Of a stretch of 64,000 bases of DNA, positions 55,452 to 64,000 are shown one piece after another (position 1 is the stretch's first letter; each line of letters starts with the position of its first letter). A model generated the notes under the pieces. That model made no database searches. It saw only the letters and a list, made by a program, of their open reading frames with translations, and had not been told where the DNA came from. A program made the position numbers and the translations under genes. The stretch is from a virus: positions 1 to 64,000 of the IMG/VR virus record IMGVR_UViG_3300032220_001356. One strand, 5' to 3'.

Positions 55452-57377
55452 ATGCCAAGCCCCATAGAAATACAAAATTTTAGTTATTATGTACAAAATA
55501 ATAGTTTATTTGATGAAATAATACTAGAAAATACATACGAAATTTCTTCTTCATTACCAGAACCTTATCCAAACGTTACTGAAGATCCGTTCTCTGTATT
55601 TGCTAACGATTTTATTAAAAGACAATTAATAAATGACTTTTCCTCTCGTTTATTTACCGAAGTTGAATATAATACTATCTCTTCTCAATTAACTGACAAT
55701 AAAATAAAAGACCTATATTTATCCACATATTCACAACTAATAGATATTTTTAGTTATTCTGGAAATAAAAGTGCATTTTTTAGAGAAACATTACTTACTG
55801 GAAGTAGTACGGGATTAGGTGAATTTACTGGATTAGATTTTTATAAAAATGCAAATTATGTTGAAATTTTAGATTTACAACAAATCAAATCATCAACAAT
55901 AGCGGAAGTTATATCCAATCCTTGTTTCCTTATAAATGCAAGCCAAGATGAAGTTATTGAACCATTAAAACTTGTAATGTTAAAAGTGAATTTTAAAATT
56001 TTATGTAGATTATTAATAATGTATGTAAAATTACAAAATTTATTTATTTCATCTGTTTTTGACAATAACGAATTTTATAAATCTGAAAACTACAAAGATA
56101 GTACATTTGTTGATTATTGTTACAACATCTTTGTTCAAAGAATTAACACAAAAATACCAACATACAAAAATAGTATTTATGTGTTTTTAAACGAAGAGTT
56201 AAAGAAAAAGCTTTCTGATGGTGAAGAATTTTATGATCCAATAAGCAATCAAAAGATAGAATTTGACATACCATTAACGGATGAAAATTTAGATTCAAAT
56301 GTAGACAAGTATGTCAAATATTTGTTTTTACAAGAATTTTTATTTATAAGTGATAAATTTAATCAATTCTTTACTCAAGAAGGATTCGATAATGGATATA
56401 GTTTTTCAGTTGCACCATTAACAAGCTTCGGTACAAAGCTTTATTCAGCAAAAGAATATTTGCTTGATTCTATTCCAGTAACTGGATTGGATGGTCGTGC
56501 GGCTCCAGTAGGTTCTGGTATTTCGTTAGATGAATATAACAATATTGTTAACTCTATAGATTCAGATTTGCCAAATTCGTCCAGATTGTATTTGGAAATG
56601 TTATCGCAAGAAACTTCTACTGGCTATGATTTGACATTAAAATTGAATATTATTGTCTTAACAGATTTTTACAAAGTTTCTCTACAATTATCTAGCGTTT
56701 CTGCTTCTTATAATCGTGCTCCATTAACAAACGAGCAATTATTGAGATTTATGACAAACAGATTACCAGAATTAAAGACAGCAATGCTGGATGAAAGTAA
56801 TTTCACTTTATTTTCAAACTATGTTTTTCCATTAAACAAAATTTTAAATATTGCAAGTATTGCACACATAAATATGTTATTAAAAACTTATGAAAATGCC
56901 AACTCTGCCGTTGATGGTTCAACAAATTCTGTTACAAGCATACATGATATTATATTAGGTAATCAAGAAAAACTTGATTGTGAAAGACCTACTAACTTAT
57001 TTGAAGACGTATCACTTGGAATAAACTTACAAATAGCAAAAGCTTTAATTACTGCACCCGTTCAAGTATTGAAAGGTTTGGAAGAAACATACGATCCAAA
57101 TATTGCTATTGCTACAAAGATTAGAAAAGTTGCAGAATCTTTGGGTGCTCCAAAGTTGCCAATTGTTCCATATTCTCTTGGTCTATTACCAGTATTTACA
57201 ATTCCACCACCAGTTGGTGTTGGACCACCACTTATTCCACCTTGGGGTTACATATATTGGGGTGTGGATGCGGCAGAAGTAATAACTCAATATGCCAAAA
57301 ATGGATTTAAAACAAATACTAAATTTGATTTTGGCTTCAAGGGTACTTCTGAAGATCCAACAAAATCTAATTGTTGA
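55452..57377 (+). CDS. Hypothetical structural-region protein
   Basis: 641-aa ORF with a Pro-rich hydrophobic C-terminal segment. Confidence 0.7.
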   Translation: MPSPIEIQNFSYYVQNNSLFDEIILENTYEISSSLPEPYPNVTEDPFSVFANDFIKRQLINDFSSRLFTEVEYNTISSQLTDNKIKDLYLSTYSQLIDIFSYSGNKSAFFRETLLTGSSTGLGEFTGLDFYKNANYVEILDLQQIKSSTIAEVISNPCFLINASQDEVIEPLKLVMLKVNFKILCRLLIMYVKLQNLFISSVFDNNEFYKSENYKDSTFVDYCYNIFVQRINTKIPTYKNSIYVFLNEELKKKLSDGEEFYDPISNQKIEFDIPLTDENLDSNVDKYVKYLFLQEFLFISDKFNQFFTQEGFDNGYSFSVAPLTSFGTKLYSAKEYLLDSIPVTGLDGRAAPVGSGISLDEYNNIVNSIDSDLPNSSRLYLEMLSQETSTGYDLTLKLNIIVLTDFYKVSLQLSSVSASYNRAPLTNEQLLRFMTNRLPELKTAMLDESNFTLFSNYVFPLNKILNIASIAHINMLLKTYENANSAVDGSTNSVTSIHDIILGNQEKLDCERPTNLFEDVSLGINLQIAKALITAPVQVLKGLEETYDPNIAIATKIRKVAESLGAPKLPIVPYSLGLLPVFTIPPPVGVGPPLIPPWGYIYWGVDAAEVITQYAKNGFKTNTKFDFGFKGTSEDPTKSNC

Positions 57378-57390
57378 TCTATTTATAACA

Positions 57391-57786
57391 ATGGCTGGTT
57401 ATTCTCCTAAATATCCATTGATGTTAGATCCAAATGATGGATATGCATTGCTACAAACTCTTCAAGATGTAGCTGTACAAAATGTTAGGATGGTTTTGTA
57501 TACCGAACCCGGTGAAAGAGTGTGGGATATTAACTTTGGGGTTGGTATAAAAAAATATTTATTTGAACCAAACCTTTCTTTTACAAGAGATCAGATAAGA
57601 TCAAGAATAGTAAATCAATTAAGAACATATTTACCTTATGTGAACATAATAAATTTAGAAATTTATGCTGTTAATGAAAATAACGAAATATCAAATGATG
57701 GAGATACGAACTTTTTAAAGATCATTTTACGCTTTAGTGTAACTGGCGTTGGTGAAATAACATTGCAAGAAACTATTAGTAGATAA
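57391..57786 (+). CDS. Baseplate wedge gp25-like protein
   Basis: QNVRMVLYTEPGERV...FGVGI..YLFE...YLPYV; ATG 57391 follows CTATTTA. Confidence 0.85.
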   Translation: MAGYSPKYPLMLDPNDGYALLQTLQDVAVQNVRMVLYTEPGERVWDINFGVGIKKYLFEPNLSFTRDQIRSRIVNQLRTYLPYVNIINLEIYAVNENNEISNDGDTNFLKIILRFSVTGVGEITLQETISR

Positions 57787-57797
57787 GGGATTAATAA

Positions 57798-59594
57798 ATG
57801 ACCAACAAAAGAATACCAATTATAAAATATACATCAAGAGATTTTAATTCTATTAAAAGTGACCTTGTTGAGTATGCTAAAAGATATTATCCAAATACCT
57901 ATAGCGACTTTAACGAGGCATCATTTGGCTCCTTAACCCTTGATTCTGTTAGTTATATTGGTGACGTTTTATCATTTTATCTTGATTATCAGTTTAATGA
58001 AAGTTTTTTAAATACTGCGACAGAATTTGACAATGTTTTAAAAATTGCAAATCAACTTGGTTATAAATATACCACACGAAGCACAGCATTTGGAGAAGTA
58101 ACTTTTTATATATCAGTTCCAGCAAGTACAGACGGACTTTCGCCAGATCCAGCTTATATACCAATACTCAAAAAAGATTCAACAATTTCTTCAACTGGTG
58201 GTCAATATTTTACATTAATGCAAGATATAAATTTTGCTGACACAAGCAATGAAGTGGTTGTCGCAAACGTAAATACCACCACAGGTGTTCCAACAAAATA
58301 TGCCATTAAAGCTTCTGGTCTAGCGCAATCTGGATTTTTTACACAAGTACAAATAGATGTTGGAGAATTTGAAAGATTTAGAAAAGTAGACCTAAACGAT
58401 CCAGATGTTTTGGAGATTGTTTCAGTAGTAGATTCTGATGGAAATCAATATTATGAAGTAGACCATTTATCTCAAGACGTAATATTCAGAGAAATTCCAA
58501 ACTTTAATTTCCAAAGTGACGGAGTACCTTCTATATTAAAACCATTTCCGGTTCCAAGAAGATTTGTTGTCAATAAATCTAGAATTACAACAATCTTACA
58601 ATTTGGCTATGGTTCAGAAAATGAACTAAACACAAGCTCCGTTGTAGACCCAGCACAAGTAGTAATTCAAATGCACGCTAAAGACTACTTTACCGAAAGC
58701 GCATTTGACCCAACAAACTTAATAAAATCCGACAAATTTGGTGTTGCCCCAGCAAGTACAACTTTGACGATTACTTATAGAAAAGCAAATGCAGCATTTT
58801 CCAACGTTGCAGCTAATACAATAAATAAAATTGTAACACCAAACTTTGTATTTCCATTTCTTACTGAAACTTTGGGAGACATAAGACAACAAGTTATTGC
58901 AAGTGTTGAAGTTACAAATAATGTTCCATTTATTGGCGAAGTAAGATTAGATCAAACTGAAGAATTAAGAGTTAACACTCTTGATTATTATGCAGCACAA
59001 AAAAGAGCAGTTTCTGCAATTGATTATCAAACATTAGCTTATTCTATGCCTTCAAATTATGGTAAAATTAAAAGATGTACGTTGTCGCAAGACAATGATT
59101 CTTTTAAGAGAAATATTAATTTTTATGTTGTTTCTGAAAACAATAATAATAATTTAATTCTTGCCAATAGAGTATTAAAAGAAAACTTAAAAACTTGGCT
59201 TGTTCAACACAAAATGATCAATGATACAATTGACATTTTAGATGCAGTAATTGTAAACGTTGCAATTGATTTTGATGTAATTTCAAACGTAAACTACGAC
59301 AAAGTAGAAACATTAAATGTTGCATTGACAAGTCTGCAAACAGCATTTATAGACAAAATGGATATTGGCGAATCATTTTCAATTGCAAAAATCTATAATA
59401 TCTTAAATAAGTTGCCACAAGTTCTAGACACAACAAGTGTAAGAGTGACACCAAAAATTGGTGGTGTTTATTCTAATTCTTATTTAAATTTAGATAAACT
59501 ATTGACATATGACGGAAAGTATATTAAAGCACCAAAGAACGTCATATATGAAGTGAAATTTCCATTTCTTGATATCAAAGGAGTCGTTTCCTAA
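57798..59594 (+). CDS. Baseplate wedge gp6-like protein
   Basis: RDFNSIKSDL, DFNEAS, YIGDVLSFYLD, ESFL.TA, QLGY, LQFG, QKRAVS..DY. Confidence 0.85.
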   Translation: MTNKRIPIIKYTSRDFNSIKSDLVEYAKRYYPNTYSDFNEASFGSLTLDSVSYIGDVLSFYLDYQFNESFLNTATEFDNVLKIANQLGYKYTTRSTAFGEVTFYISVPASTDGLSPDPAYIPILKKDSTISSTGGQYFTLMQDINFADTSNEVVVANVNTTTGVPTKYAIKASGLAQSGFFTQVQIDVGEFERFRKVDLNDPDVLEIVSVVDSDGNQYYEVDHLSQDVIFREIPNFNFQSDGVPSILKPFPVPRRFVVNKSRITTILQFGYGSENELNTSSVVDPAQVVIQMHAKDYFTESAFDPTNLIKSDKFGVAPASTTLTITYRKANAAFSNVAANTINKIVTPNFVFPFLTETLGDIRQQVIASVEVTNNVPFIGEVRLDQTEELRVNTLDYYAAQKRAVSAIDYQTLAYSMPSNYGKIKRCTLSQDNDSFKRNINFYVVSENNNNNLILANRVLKENLKTWLVQHKMINDTIDILDAVIVNVAIDFDVISNVNYDKVETLNVALTSLQTAFIDKMDIGESFSIAKIYNILNKLPQVLDTTSVRVTPKIGGVYSNSYLNLDKLLTYDGKYIKAPKNVIYEVKFPFLDIKGVVS

Positions 59595-61030
59595 TGGCAA
59601 TAAAAAGATATTTTGCTAATGCCGATACAACAATTACAAACGCATTTAAGGCCAATCTTGTATCAAGAGGTGTAAGTGGCAACATGGGTTTGTCCGACAT
59701 ACTTGAAGTTTTTAGTATTTATGGGCAATCAAACCCATCTTCTTCAGAACTATCCAGAGTTCTCGTACAATTTCCAACAAGTGATATTTCCTTAGATAGA
59801 GCCGCAGGATTAATACCAGCTTCCGGTTCTGTAAGTTGGTATTTAAAATTATATAATGCTAAACACTCTTCTACAACACCAAAAGATTTTACATTAGTTG
59901 TCAATCAAGTCTCCTCCTCTTGGGACGAAGGTGAGGGATTGGATATGGAAGAATATTCAGATATTGGAACTGCAAATTGGATAAATGCCGCATCCTCTAG
60001 TTCTGGAACATCTAGTTGGGCTTCACAGGGTGGTGATTATCACACAAGTCCAACAGCTACACAAGCATTTGATACTGGTGTTGAAAACTTGGTAGTAGAT
60101 GTTTCTTCAATGGTTGAACAATGGTTGGCAGGAACAAAGCAAAATTATGGATTTGGAGTTAGATTATCTTCAAGTTTGGAACAACAAGCGAAATCTTTTT
60201 ATACGAAGAAGTTTTTTGCTAGAGGATCGGAGTTCTTCTTTTATCGTCCCGTTTTGGAAGCAAGATGGAATTCTATACGTCGTGACAATAGAGGAACCTT
60301 TTACGCCAGCAGTTCTTTGGCATCAGCAGCAGATAACTTAAATACTATATATCTTTATAATGTCGTTAGAGGCCAATTGAAAAATATCCCCTCTATTGGA
60401 ACTGGACAAATTTATGTAAAGATTTATACTGATTCTTCTGGAAGCGAAAGCATAGCAGCAACTCCAAATAATCCTGTAACTGGTGGTTGGTATTCTACTG
60501 GTATTTACACAGCTTCTTTTGCTTTGAATACAACAGCATCACAAGTGTTTGATAGATGGTTTAATTCAAGTTTAACTACTTGTTTTTATACAGGTTCTAT
60601 CGATATAATAGATTTAGAAGCACAAGATTATAATCCAACAAACAATTATGTTGTTTCTTTATTAAATGGAAAACCAATTTATGACTCTACAGAACAAGCA
60701 AGATTCCGTTTCTTTATTCGTAGAAAAGATTGGAACCCTACTATTTACAATGTAGCAACAAGTGAAATTCAATCGGAGATTATCGAAAGCGCATCATACA
60801 AAATTGTAAGAGTGTCGGATAATTTAGAAGTTATACCATACGACACAGGAAGCATACAATCAACAGGTTTATCATATGATATTTCTGGTAGTTACTTTGA
60901 CCTAGATATGAATATGTTAGAACCAGATTATATGTATCAAATAAAGCTTATGTTTTATGATGCAGCAACGACCCGTTGGAAAGAACAAGTTCAAACATTT
61001 AAATTTAGAGTAGAAAGTAATGAGTCTTAA
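59594..61030 (+). CDS. Baseplate-associated structural protein (DNRLRE-like beta domain)
   Basis: ADTTI...SRVLVQF...SWDEG...GGD...WL.G..NYG...P.LEARW. Confidence 0.65.
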   Translation: MAIKRYFANADTTITNAFKANLVSRGVSGNMGLSDILEVFSIYGQSNPSSSELSRVLVQFPTSDISLDRAAGLIPASGSVSWYLKLYNAKHSSTTPKDFTLVVNQVSSSWDEGEGLDMEEYSDIGTANWINAASSSSGTSSWASQGGDYHTSPTATQAFDTGVENLVVDVSSMVEQWLAGTKQNYGFGVRLSSSLEQQAKSFYTKKFFARGSEFFFYRPVLEARWNSIRRDNRGTFYASSSLASAADNLNTIYLYNVVRGQLKNIPSIGTGQIYVKIYTDSSGSESIAATPNNPVTGGWYSTGIYTASFALNTTASQVFDRWFNSSLTTCFYTGSIDIIDLEAQDYNPTNNYVVSLLNGKPIYDSTEQARFRFFIRRKDWNPTIYNVATSEIQSEIIESASYKIVRVSDNLEVIPYDTGSIQSTGLSYDISGSYFDLDMNMLEPDYMYQIKLMFYDAATTRWKEQVQTFKFRVESNES

Positions 61031-64000
61031 AGATTTATTTAATGTTACGAAAGTATTACCACCTATAAGCAACGAACAAATAGCAGAAGATGTTGAATCT
61101 GTACAACTTTTAGACTCATATACTTATGAAAAGAATAGAATTGAATTTGCTGTTGATTATTCAACAGCATCTAATTTTGCTATTTATGGTTCTGCAAAAC
61201 AATATTACCAAGACGCATTTGCCAGAATATACGAACAATTCCCATACGATGGTTCAAAGAAAGAAAAGATTGATTGGGAAAATTCATCTTCTTTATTAGA
61301 TATTTGGATTTATGAAAACGTTTATCCAAGAACTACTGGTTATGCTACGTTTTCTCCAAATGGTTGGAGTGCTAGAATTGGAAGTCTTGTAAGTGGTTAT
61401 GGTGAACCAACAACCAAAGAATATATTTCAATTAAAGGTGGACCAAACACAAATTCTGGTAATACTTTAATTGAAAAGTTCAAAGACGCAAGCAATCAAT
61501 CTCCAAAATCTAACGTTCTTAATTTAGCCGTCCAAAGAGGAAACAATCTAGAATTTAATTTATCTGGCGGTGTTTCAACTGAATTTTGGCTTAAAAAACA
61601 ATCCTTCATAAACTCCAGCACATCAAAAGAAGTTATTTTTGACTTATGGAATAATGAAACATCATCAAGTGCAACTTATGGTCGTTTAACACTTGAACTA
61701 TCTGGAACTACTACTGGTTCACCATTTTACCTTACAATTTTGTCTGGTACTACCGGATTTTCTTCTCTTAATATTGGAAGTAATATCACAACTGCTTCTG
61801 TGGCTAATAACGCTTGGAATCATTATGCAGTAGTCGCTCAAAACTCTGGTAGCACAATAAATGTTAAGTTTTATGTTAATGGCGAATTAAATCAAACTAT
61901 TGCTAGTGGAATAAACATTGGCGAAGTTACTGGTTCAATGTTGGCTAACATTGGCGCATTAAGAACAGCAGTATCTGGCACAGCAACTGATATTGGTTGG
62001 GGTAAACTATCTGGCTCTATTGATGAATTTAGATATTGGAAAACCGCAAGAACTTCTAAAGATATTGGAAGATATTGGTGGACAAATATTCATGGTGGCG
62101 CAAATACAGACGAAGCAAATACAGACTTGGGTGTATACTACAAGTTTAACGAAGGCATTACATTAACAAGTTCTGTAGATTCCATCGTTTTAGATTATTC
62201 TGGAAGAATTACAAATGGTGCTTGGACAGGATATACAACCAATTCAAGAAATACTGGTTCTGCTATTGACTCGTATGCAGTTGAATTAAGTCCAGAAGAG
62301 CGTGACCCAATCATCTACTCAACTCACCCAGATGTTGTTTCTGCGCTAACTCTCTACACAACACTTGGCGAAGATCATGATTATATAAATCCAAACTCTC
62401 TTTATCGTTCTTTCCCAGATTGGATGGTCAATACCGATACTGGAGAGTTGCTAAAACTTACACAAATTGTGTCAAGTTATTTAGATTCTTTATATTTACA
62501 AATTAAAAACTTTACCAACATTAAAGAACATTATTCTAATGTTCAAATTGATGAAAAACCATTTCCATTTTCTAAAATGTTGGGTGAATCACTCGGACTT
62601 ATAACACCAGATATTTTCATTGATGCTACTTTGTTTGAGCAAGTAATGTCAAGAGATGAAGACAGAACATATGAAGATAAACTTAACGAAGTTAAAAATA
62701 TAATTTATGAAAACATCTACAGCAATCTTCAAGGAATTTACAAGTCTAAAGGTACAGAAAAGTCGTTCCGTAATTTATTAAGATGTTTTGGCATTGATGA
62801 ATCAATCGTCAAAATGAACATTTATGCAAATAATGATTCTAAAATCGTAAGAGACGACTTAACAAACATATCATTAAAGAAAAAGTCACTCAACTTTAAC
62901 GATCCAGACAGATTTGGTTCAACTATATATCAATTCTCTACATCTTCTTATGGTGCATCAAATTCATACATTTTAGGTTCTTCATCATACGATTATTTAC
63001 CACTTACTTTTGAAATTGATACTATATTCCCAAAGAAGATTAAAAAGACACAAAATAACTTTTTCCCAACTACATTTTTAACATCTTCAATATTTGGTGT
63101 ACACTCTGCTGTTTCAACCAGCACAGATTTAACTTGGGCAGCAAATGATTATTTTAATTTCCAAGTATTTGCTGTAAGACCAGAATACGAGTCTGAGCAC
63201 GCAACCTTTTATTTATCTTCTTCAAATCCATCAATTCCCGTTCTTTCATCATCTTATAATCTTTATGTTTACGATAATGAAAAATGGAATTTTGCTGTTA
63301 GATTCTTACCAACTGCACTTGGTAATGCAGATTTGGTTGGCGGAACAACCTCTGGAAGTTATACATTAGAGTTTTATGGCGTTAGCACTATTGGCGATAC
63401 CATAATACGTGAATTTAGTTCTAGTGCGGTTATTCCTTATGCATCTGGCTCAAATATGGCTAGAGCCAATAAGAGAGTTTATGTTGGTGCAGAAAGAACA
63501 AACTTTACTGGCTCTTTGGTAAAAGAAAGCGACATTAAAGTTTTAGATTTAAAAGTTTGGTCTTCTTATCTCGACAATGAAGAGATTAAGTCACACGCAA
63601 GAGATTCAGATAATTATGGTTCTAAACTAGCAGGTAGATCATATTATTTAACCGATGGTAACTTAAACAACTTTTGGATTCCAAAACTAGACACTCTTTT
63701 ACTTCATTGGGACTTTAATTTAGTTACAGGTTCAGATGGTGGTTCTGGAGTTCTCAATGTATCTGACGGCAAATTCATTGTTAACGATCTAACATCCGGC
63801 TCACTAACATACGATAGATATGGAAGTGTTTTCAACAACATCAAAAAGTATGATTATATTGGTCGTGGTGATTATTTCTTGCAAAACGATAACACCATAA
63901 CTGATACTCAATATTTGTTTTCTTCCAGAATAAATGAATTTGAAAATATCCAAAATTCAAATCTTGTCTATGTTTTGACAACTGACGAACAAAATCAAAC
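61020..64000 (+). CDS. Large baseplate wedge gp7-like protein with LamG-like domains (3' end outside window)
   Basis: Starts MSLKDLF overlapping the previous gene; spot translation gives EFWLKK, WNHYAV, GSIDEFRYWK and YKSKGTEKSFRNLLRCFG; full open frame not checked codon by codon. Confidence 0.72.
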   Translation, partial: MSLKDLFNVTKVLPPISNEQIAEDVESVQLLDSYTYEKNRIEFAVDYSTASNFAIYGSAKQYYQDAFARIYEQFPYDGSKKEKIDWENSSSLLDIWIYENVYPRTTGYATFSPNGWSARIGSLVSGYGEPTTKEYISIKGGPNTNSGNTLIEKFKDASNQSPKSNVLNLAVQRGNNLEFNLSGGVSTEFWLKKQSFINSSTSKEVIFDLWNNETSSSATYGRLTLELSGTTTGSPFYLTILSGTTGFSSLNIGSNITTASVANNAWNHYAVVAQNSGSTINVKFYVNGELNQTIASGINIGEVTGSMLANIGALRTAVSGTATDIGWGKLSGSIDEFRYWKTARTSKDIGRYWWTNIHGGANTDEANTDLGVYYKFNEGITLTSSVDSIVLDYSGRITNGAWTGYTTNSRNTGSAIDSYAVELSPEERDPIIYSTHPDVVSALTLYTTLGEDHDYINPNSLYRSFPDWMVNTDTGELLKLTQIVSSYLDSLYLQIKNFTNIKEHYSNVQIDEKPFPFSKMLGESLGLITPDIFIDATLFEQVMSRDEDRTYEDKLNEVKNIIYENIYSNLQGIYKSKGTEKSFRNLLRCFGIDESIVKMNIYANNDSKIVRDDLTNISLKKKSLNFNDPDRFGSTIYQFSTSSYGASNSYILGSSSYDYLPLTFEIDTIFPKKIKKTQNNFFPTTFLTSSIFGVHSAVSTSTDLTWAANDYFNFQVFAVRPEYESEHATFYLSSSNPSIPVLSSSYNLYVYDNEKWNFAVRFLPTALGNADLVGGTTSGSYTLEFYGVSTIGDTIIREFSSSAVIPYASGSNMARANKRVYVGAERTNFTGSLVKESDIKVLDLKVWSSYLDNEEIKSHARDSDNYGSKLAGRSYYLTDGNLNNFWIPKLDTLLLHWDFNLVTGSDGGSGVLNVSDGKFIVNDLTSGSLTYDRYGSVFNNIKKYDYIGRGDYFLQNDNTITDTQYLFSSRINEFENIQNSNLVYVLTTDEQNQ

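Noticed and set aside
1-64000. Alternative genetic code (stop-codon reassignment)
   Set aside because: TAA, TAG and TGA all end genes at sensible, often coupled, positions and coding density is high under code 11.

Overview
This is a 64-kb segment of a large tailed-phage genome, most likely a myovirus-type jumbo phage. It uses the standard genetic code and every credible gene is on the + strand. (1) 1-10.5 kb, putative early region: eight copies of one promoter, (T/C)GTA-N8-TACAGACTT with a TAN3T -10 box exactly 22 nt after TAC. They drive a MoxR-type AAA+ ATPase, its likely DUF2201/VWA partner, and about 20 small paralogous 'F(K/N)VGDIV' SH3/KOW-like proteins. A free-standing GIY-YIG endonuclease also lies here. 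(2) A G/C-run element at about 10.5 kb marks the start of the AT-rich remainder. (3) 10.7-21 kb: proteins sharing N-terminal 'MKL(I/L)LENWR..LNE' or 'MKLTES.LR..I.EEL' leaders behind a CTA(C/T)TTA late-promoter-like motif. One is a 1119-aa protein with three nucleotidyl-transfer domains. (4) 21-30 kb: two cell-wall enzymes, small lipoproteins, a SpoU methyltransferase, PIN-PhoH, a Cas4-like nuclease and an HNH nuclease. (5) 29.8-46.1 kb: a glycosylation island with glycosyltransferases, an NDP-heptose pathway, GDP-fucose synthesis and methyltransferases. (6) 46.8-64 kb: a gp55-like late sigma factor and baseplate genes (hub/lysozyme, spike, gp25, gp6, and a gp7/LamG-like gene truncated by the window edge). 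All assignments come from motif reading by eye; no database searches were run.
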